20,000 nt of DNA from an uncultured virus (IMG/VR IMGVR_UViG_3300043105_000228) (taxonomy: Duplodnaviria > Heunggongvirae > Uroviricota > Caudoviricetes). Position 1 is the first letter of the stretch; each line of letters begins with the position of its first letter. The DNA lies in the IMG/VR virus record IMGVR_UViG_3300043105_000228, one strand, 5' to 3'. Positions 14,734 to 20,000 of this stretch are shown here, one piece after another. A program made the position numbers and the translations under genes. Under the pieces are notes generated by a model. That model searched no databases, had not been told where the DNA came from, and saw only the letters and a list, made by a program, of their open reading frames with translations.

Positions 14734-15735
14734 ATGACTGAAATAGTTCTTGATGCTTCTTTAGTGAAACGCCCTAAAACAGCGGATTCTATATTAGATA
14801 CACTGGAAGATATTGATGACAACTACGATAGTTCACCATCATTACCTTCCCTTCATAGACCAGTAAAGGAAAAGAAGAAGAAATCTGAAGTTGATGAGTT
14901 GTCGGAGATTTCACAAGAGTCTACTGATGAATGGCTCGATACTGTGGCAAGTTTCAAAAGAGAACCTATTAAATGCTCTAAGCATAGTAGTAGCGGATTA
15001 TTTGATTACTTGGAAACGGGTGATAAAAAGAAGAAAAAGAAGAAGAAAAATAAGGATAAAGAAGGAATAGACTATAAGAAGGAATTTGAACCTGAGATAA
15101 ATTTCCTGCAAAATACCCTCGAGGAACAGACAAGATTTGCCAATAATCTTCAAAGAAGATATGACTCTCTTGAAAATTCTAAGAGTGCGGCAAGAGGAGT
15201 AGGAAAGTTTACTACTGACTTAATTAGTCAGATAAATCAGGCAAGAGGAACTTCTGTCCAATTAGTCAATTCTATTATCAGTACAAAGAAAACCATTGCT
15301 GACCTTCAAATGAAGGAGAGAAAGGAATTTGGTGCTCAGCTAGATACAGGAGAAGATATGGGATTATATTCTGCTAACTTCTTAAAGAAAGTGCTTAGCC
15401 AAAGTAGAAGTGACCTTGCAGCATATGGCGGAGATGTTACTCCAATGGACGGTGATGCAGATGACATCTTTAAAAATTTATCTGATGATTTGGAGCAAAG
15501 TGGTGAGGATAGACCAGAAGAAGTTGAGAAATACATGAAGTATGGAACCAACGTAGAGATTATTGCTGAAGTTGATAACGAGACAAATGAATATGAGCTT
15601 GTGGCAGTAGATAAAACAACTGGTGAAAAAATAGATGACTATCCATCACCTGTAGTTGCCAAGTTAGAGGTAAATAGAAGTACAGGAATGGCATCTGACG
15701 AATACTATAATAAATACCGTGTAAAATGGGTATAA
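14734..15735 (+). CDS. Hypothetical phage protein with coiled coil and Lys-rich patch (333 aa)
   Basis: Long ORF, GAAGGTG RBS, own promoter motif and terminator. Confidence 0.85.
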   Translation: MTEIVLDASLVKRPKTADSILDTLEDIDDNYDSSPSLPSLHRPVKEKKKKSEVDELSEISQESTDEWLDTVASFKREPIKCSKHSSSGLFDYLETGDKKKKKKKKNKDKEGIDYKKEFEPEINFLQNTLEEQTRFANNLQRRYDSLENSKSAARGVGKFTTDLISQINQARGTSVQLVNSIISTKKTIADLQMKERKEFGAQLDTGEDMGLYSANFLKKVLSQSRSDLAAYGGDVTPMDGDADDIFKNLSDDLEQSGEDRPEEVEKYMKYGTNVEIIAEVDNETNEYELVAVDKTTGEKIDDYPSPVVAKLEVNRSTGMASDEYYNKYRVKWV

Positions 15736-15773
15736 AAAAGAAGGATAACCAATTTAATGGTTATCCTTCTTTT
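15734..15773. terminator. Bidirectional intrinsic terminator
   Basis: 16-bp inverted repeat AAAAGAAGGATAACCA/TGGTTATCCTTCTTTT between convergent stops. Confidence 0.85.
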
Positions 15774-16455
15774 AAAAGAATGGTAGTAAACTTTCTGCTG
15801 GATATTGTAGGTGTGTATCTACTTCAACATCATCAAGTAGTTCAGCATCTGCATAAAATTCAGGTGTCAAAATATCCTTATAAATAAGAATGAATGACCC
15901 ATATTGATCATATGTCATTGGGTCTAATTCATATTCTGAACCTTTGTAATATGGTGCTACAACTTCACTATTGGCATTGCTAAAGAATTTCATTTCGTCT
16001 AATACGTAATTAGCAATTCCACTGTAACCCAGAGCATCAAGACATTCTCTCACATCAGATTTGAAGATTGATGGCTCAATTACTTTAGGTGCAACATATC
16101 CCATCATTGAACCACCGTCTACATTTTCTAATACGAAATTCAATTCACTGGTCGTAAGTAGTACAGGAACTAATCGTATCGTCTGACTATTCAAATTCTT
16201 ATTGACATACGTCTGTAATTTTGATACTTCTAATTTCTGACCTTGATGTTTCTTCATCCAAGCATTTACTTCATCACCTTCTCTTTCAATCACAATATGC
16301 ACGAATTGTGTCATATCACGTTCTTTCATGAATCTCTTGGCATACTTCTTTTTATTAGTATATGCATAAAGAGGATACTTATCAGAAAGAATTGAGTCTT
16401 CGAAATATCGTGCATCTTCTGGACTCCTTACACTTCTAAAAGTATGGATTTTCAT
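15772..16455 (-). CDS. Hypothetical protein, paralog family member (227 aa)
   Basis: LYAYTNKKKYAKRFMKER motif; AGGGCTAG/GAGGG RBS-like sequence upstream. Confidence 0.82.
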   Translation of the reverse strand: MKIHTFRSVRSPEDARYFEDSILSDKYPLYAYTNKKKYAKRFMKERDMTQFVHIVIEREGDEVNAWMKKHQGQKLEVSKLQTYVNKNLNSQTIRLVPVLLTTSELNFVLENVDGGSMMGYVAPKVIEPSIFKSDVRECLDALGYSGIANYVLDEMKFFSNANSEVVAPYYKGSEYELDPMTYDQYGSFILIYKDILTPEFYADAELLDDVEVDTHLQYPAESLLPFF

Positions 16456-17116
16456 CTATATCTAGCCCTCCTATTAATATTTCACCATAAGTGATTTTTA
16501 GACAGTACCAGTCATTTATGAATAGCTCGCAATTAGCTGGTATATTAAATTCAATACTTCCTCTATTCATTCCATACATGTCATTTATTCTATCAATCAA
16601 TTCATCACTATTTAAATCATCAAGTATTTTCTGATATTTACTAGTGAATAATTTATGCAATAGAATATCAAATGATTCTGGTCTTTCTATTAGGTATGAT
16701 ATATCATCATCCCTAGCTTCACGCTCCGAGATAATTGCATCCCATTCATGTTCTGCTAGCACCATTGGACTCATCGTCCTTTTAAGTTTACCATTTATCC
16801 AGCATGGTATACACATATCTTGACTAGTCAACCAATGAGGTAAAAATTTATTACGAATTATTTTTGTCTGCTTAGGTCCAATATTAGCTAATTCATTTCC
16901 ATTCATTGTAATTACTGTGAAGAGTTCTCTCCTGTGTATTCCAAAGAATAAATCAAGATATTCTTTTTTATCTGTAACTCCGAATAGTAAATATGCATTA
17001 TCAGGGTCAGTACAGTCTTCATTGATTGATTCTAGTATGGATGGAATGTATTCCCCTGATAATTGCTCAAGTTCTGAATTATTCACGTAAATCAAATAAT
17101 AGATATCATCCTTCAT
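16436..17116 (-). CDS. Hypothetical protein, divergent paralog family member (226 aa)
   Basis: LFGVTDKKEYLDLF motif; overlaps both neighbours. Confidence 0.8.
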   Translation of the reverse strand: MKDDIYYLIYVNNSELEQLSGEYIPSILESINEDCTDPDNAYLLFGVTDKKEYLDLFFGIHRRELFTVITMNGNELANIGPKQTKIIRNKFLPHWLTSQDMCIPCWINGKLKRTMSPMVLAEHEWDAIISEREARDDDISYLIERPESFDILLHKLFTSKYQKILDDLNSDELIDRINDMYGMNRGSIEFNIPANCELFINDWYCLKITYGEILIGGLDIDENPYF

Positions 17117-17708
17117 TCTTATTCAATTCACCTACTTTCAGGCATCCTTCTGTGTTAATTAACTTATTAAAGATTAGCATAAAAACGGCGAATTCATTTC
17201 TGAATTCTTTCATTGAGAAGTCATCATACTCGTCATCAGTTGGTAATGGTACATTGTCTTCTCTATCTGAAGAGCAATATGCATAACTGATTAATCCTAA
17301 TAATGATTGAATCTCATTTGAAAATATTCTATAATTTGGTAATTTTGAACTGGACATGAAATCAAGCATGGTTTCAGATGACATTGAAAGAATCCAACTT
17401 TCATTTTCGGTAAGTGGTAAAGTAATAGTAGATTTTCCCCCAATGTATAATTCATACATGTCTATTGATGCTCCTGTCTCAATAGTAAATTCATCGTCAT
17501 TATCTAATTCAATGACGTCCTTATAGAATACTTTTTGATTTCTGCTTTCTTCAAATTTCTTTGCAATTTTCTTCTTAGAAGTAATTGCATATAATAGAGG
17601 TTGTCCCATCCTGTATTCTCGAATGGCATTAGAATCACCCATTAATTTCTTTTCTGCTAAATATGATATGATATCATCATCCACCAGAAAATACATGTAA
17701 TACTTCAA
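17106..17708 (-). CDS. Hypothetical protein, paralog family member (about 200 aa from TTG 17708)
   Basis: LYAITSKKKIAKKFEESRN motif; GAGGGA RBS and a TTGA start/stop overlap at 17708-17705 favour this start over 17762. Confidence 0.8.
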   Translation of the reverse strand: MKYYMYFLVDDDIISYLAEKKLMGDSNAIREYRMGQPLLYAITSKKKIAKKFEESRNQKVFYKDVIELDNDDEFTIETGASIDMYELYIGGKSTITLPLTENESWILSMSSETMLDFMSSSKLPNYRIFSNEIQSLLGLISYAYCSSDREDNVPLPTDDEYDDFSMKEFRNEFAVFMLIFNKLINTEGCLKVGELNKNEG

Positions 17709-18196
17709 ATAATCTTCCCTCTTTCCCAGTTGATTGTATTGGAATAGAGATATAAAAAGCATGATATTAGGCTTACTTTAGGGGTAAACCTACATACCCC
17801 CTTAGTACAGCCATATGCATTAACATATCCTATTTCCTTTAGTGCATCAGTTATATCCGATTCAAATATTTGTGGTGGTACCCATGCTGCTACTGGCATA
17901 TTCACTGTTGTGCATTGAACCGAATAATTTAATATAGTAACATGCTCCATCATTGCTACTATCATAGTAATTATTTTGCTTCCTACTTCGAAATCTTGTT
18001 CCATTAATACTGACTCTGGATAGTAATCATGGAGTTCTTTTAAATCCTCTGAACTTAATAGAATCTTCTTTAGATAAAACTTCTTCGGATTTCTTTGTTG
18101 TTTAAAGCTCTTTGCAAAGCTTTTATTGTCTGTATACGCATAAATCTCCCCATCATTTGTATAGAAGATGTAATACATGTAACGCTTTTCTTGCAT
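17705..18196 (-). CDS. Hypothetical protein, paralog family member (163 aa)
   Basis: IYAYTDNKSFAKSFKQQRN motif; GAAGGG RBS. Confidence 0.82.
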   Translation of the reverse strand: MQEKRYMYYIFYTNDGEIYAYTDNKSFAKSFKQQRNPKKFYLKKILLSSEDLKELHDYYPESVLMEQDFEVGSKIITMIVAMMEHVTILNYSVQCTTVNMPVAAWVPPQIFESDITDALKEIGYVNAYGCTKGVCRFTPKVSLISCFLYLYSNTINWERGKII

Positions 18197-18329
18197 CTTT
18201 TATCCCTTCTTTCAGCTGTAGCTTAGCACCATGTCTCCAAAATACCATTGATGCATTTACTGCTACAAATGGATACACAAAATGATGTGCTGTATCAGCT
18301 ATAGTTTTTACTTTGTATTTTTCGACCAT
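18153..18329 (-). CDS. Small hypothetical protein (58 aa, MVEKYKVKTIADTAHHFVYPFVAVNASMVFWRHG...)
   Basis: AAGGAGG RBS 9 nt before ATG 18329; below the ORF-track cutoff; overlaps the next gene by 44 nt. Confidence 0.55.
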   Translation of the reverse strand: MVEKYKVKTIADTAHHFVYPFVAVNASMVFWRHGAKLQLKEGIKDARKALHVLHLLYK

Positions 18330-18426
18330 ATAATTGATCCTCCTTATTTTAAAAAATATGTCAGTTAGGTTATTACAACGAAATATTACATAATCATTAT
18401 ATTTTATTCATTTTTAAGCAAGCCTA

Positions 18427-18439
18427 TACATAGATGTAA
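18427..18439 (+). promoter_or_regulatory. Putative phage late promoter TACA-tagatg-TAA
   Basis: ACA-N6-TA motif about 25 nt before ATG 18465. Confidence 0.55.
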
Positions 18440-18464
18440 AAATAAATTAATGGAGGTGATGATT

Positions 18465-18719
18465 ATGCCAAAGAAATCATCTGCGCTGAAAATAGTAAAA
18501 CAAGCATATCCAAATATCATGGCAGATATAAAAGAAGTTTTGGATTCAAATGATATTCAGTGTAAAAACTCGCGGTCAGAGATAGTGGCAATAGGCGCTA
18601 AAAAGAAAAGCGTTAAAAATTTAATCTCCTCATTAATAACTGAAGAAACCGATTATAAGCTTCTATTAGACGTAGTGGAAGCTAAGGGAAATGTGTATAT
18701 TCGAAAGAAATGTAGTTAA
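18465..18719 (+). CDS. Small basic hypothetical protein (84 aa from ATG 18465)
   Basis: GGAGGTG RBS at 18452-18458 fits ATG 18465 rather than 18450. Confidence 0.75.
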   Translation: MPKKSSALKIVKQAYPNIMADIKEVLDSNDIQCKNSRSEIVAIGAKKKSVKNLISSLITEETDYKLLLDVVEAKGNVYIRKKCS

Positions 18720-18763
18720 TTTTAACAGAACTAATTTGCTTTCTCAACTTTACTATATTCATT

Positions 18764-18816
18764 GAAATGGGTAGTGGCTTTGTTACTTTAGTCACTACCC
18801 ATTTCTATTGGTTTTT
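18764..18816 (+). terminator. Intrinsic terminator-like hairpin
   Basis: GAAATGGGTAGTGGCT/AGTCACTACCCATTTC, 16-bp stem with one G:U on the + strand, followed by TATTGGTTTTT. Confidence 0.7.
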
Positions 18817-18829
18817 CACAAATATTTAA
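18817..18829 (+). promoter_or_regulatory. Putative phage late promoter CACA-aatatt-TAA
   Basis: ACA-N6-TA motif about 28 nt before ATG 18857, directly after a terminator. Confidence 0.5.
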
Positions 18830-18856
18830 ATAAAATTAAGGAAAGGAACGCAGAAA

Positions 18857-20000
18857 ATGTTTAAAAAGATAGGATTTGACATTGATGGAACCTTGCAAAA
18901 TTATGTAGATTTTGCAAGTGATCTATTTTTTGACATACACAAAAAGATGTATGGTAAACCGTACACAGGAAGAATTAATCCTAATGGATATGAATTAAAG
19001 GATATCTTTGTTGACTGTGAACATGAAGAAATTTATGATAGGGTCAATAAAGAGATAACTCTTTCTTTTGAAAGTAGAGAATTTTATCCTTGGGCTATAG
19101 CTCTATTAAGGGAACTAAAGAAAAGAAAATTTGAGATACATCTGGTAACTTCAAGATTTGGTAAAACTGACGAGATGATGGAGATGGTTAAGAGGACAAC
19201 TAAAGCTTGCTTTGATAATAATCATTGTCCATATGATGAAATTCATTTTACCACTGATGGGGATAAGGTAGCTATCATAAAAGGGTCTGGAATAGAATTA
19301 ATGGTAGAAGATGCAGTTCATAATATTCTTCCATTATCTGATGCTATTCCTGTTATAGTTATTAGTCAACCATATAACCAGCTATGTCGTGGTGCTAATA
19401 TCTACAGATTAGACAGTTTAGAGCCAGATACATTCATTAAAACCTTGAATTTCATTGATAAAAGGAGAAATTATAAAGGTCAAAGTGATAAAGTTCAGGA
19501 TGAAAATGCTTTTGATGTGTACTTCTCAGAGAATTCATGCATAGTCAATAAACATGAATTAGAAAGTTCGCCAACTAAACCAATCTTCGTTATTCCTCTT
19601 GCAGGAAAAAATGGAGAGACTATGCTTAACAAGTATAAATCAACAGGTGCTTTTCGTATTTTTGAATTAGACCAGATTGATAAATCTCCTGAAGAAATAG
19701 AGGATGAGATTATTAGACCTATAGTAGCTAAGTATAATGATAAAAAACTTGATTTATCAGTTACAAATGAAATGAATGCTGAGATTTATCAAGTTAGATG
19801 TAAAATTATCGAGGCAATTCTTGCAAAATCAAAAGAATTAAGAAATAGATGTCTCTTTTATGGAGCTCAATTAATGAGTGTTGAAAGAGATGTTATGATG
19901 AAATATAAAGATTGTCCTTTTATCTTTGCAGGAGTAGGAGATGCTGCTAAAGAAATCATAATGAATTCTATTCACAAGAAAGATTACAATGTAGTCTTAT
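18857..20000 (+). CDS. HAD-superfamily 5'(3')-deoxyribonucleotidase-like protein with C-terminal extension (partial, >381 aa)
   Basis: Hand translation: MFKKIGFDIDGTL (motif I), LVTSR (II), GDK (III), MVED (IV), QPYN; AAGGAAAGGA RBS; open to the window end. Confidence 0.85.
   Translation, partial: MFKKIGFDIDGTLQNYVDFASDLFFDIHKKMYGKPYTGRINPNGYELKDIFVDCEHEEIYDRVNKEITLSFESREFYPWAIALLRELKKRKFEIHLVTSRFGKTDEMMEMVKRTTKACFDNNHCPYDEIHFTTDGDKVAIIKGSGIELMVEDAVHNILPLSDAIPVIVISQPYNQLCRGANIYRLDSLEPDTFIKTLNFIDKRRNYKGQSDKVQDENAFDVYFSENSCIVNKHELESSPTKPIFVIPLAGKNGETMLNKYKSTGAFRIFELDQIDKSPEEIEDEIIRPIVAKYNDKKLDLSVTNEMNAEIYQVRCKIIEAILAKSKELRNRCLFYGAQLMSVERDVMMKYKDCPFIFAGVGDAAKEIIMNSIHKKDYNVVL

Noticed and set aside
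15025..15060. A-rich low-complexity run
   Set aside because: Encodes the poly-Lys patch of the 333-aa protein; frame intact, no evidence for a slippage site
9094..17286. Track ORFs 9094-9342, 12461-12673, 13381-13689, 15336-15551 and 17026-17286
   Set aside because: Antisense overlaps with better-supported genes; no RBS
8569..18362. Minus-strand near-matches to the late promoter (AACT-N7-TA near 8581, GACA-N7-TA near 18362)
   Set aside because: Spacer is one base too long; not counted as motif instances
208..18367. TAACTGA on the minus strand in three leaders (about 210, 1416 and 18361)
   Set aside because: Only 7 nt in AT-rich DNA and at inconsistent distances from start codons; not distinguishable from chance by eye
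1..20000. CRISPR array, tRNA/rRNA, IS or intron, tubC-like iteron array, stop-codon reassignment
   Set aside because: No regularly spaced repeats, cloverleafs or transposase motifs seen; genes tile densely under the standard code and end in TAA, TAG and TGA

Overview
AT-rich, gene-dense segment that reads as part of a jumbo bacteriophage genome, standard genetic code. Strong AGGAGG/GGAGGTG RBSs point to a Bacillota/Firmicutes host, and the promoter signals look AR9/PBS1-like; both are inference. Recognisable genes are a phage tubulin (PhuZ/TubZ-like), an extended HU-like protein, an atypical thymidylate kinase, an HNH-like protein, two probable baseplate/virion proteins, a MYG1-family nuclease, a HAD 5'(3')-deoxyribonucleotidase with an extra C-terminal domain, and a tandem array of four paralogous unknown genes. 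The most striking signal is non-coding. A motif ACA-N6-TA, matching the published AR9 non-virion RNA polymerase late-promoter consensus, precedes all four plus-strand transcription units. It also starts three ORF-less 100-140 nt intervals that each end in a strong hairpin. These look like phage small-RNA genes, and two carry anti-Shine-Dalgarno-like tracts. A second motif (TATATWAT) precedes several minus-strand units. No tRNA, rRNA, CRISPR array or mobile element was seen.
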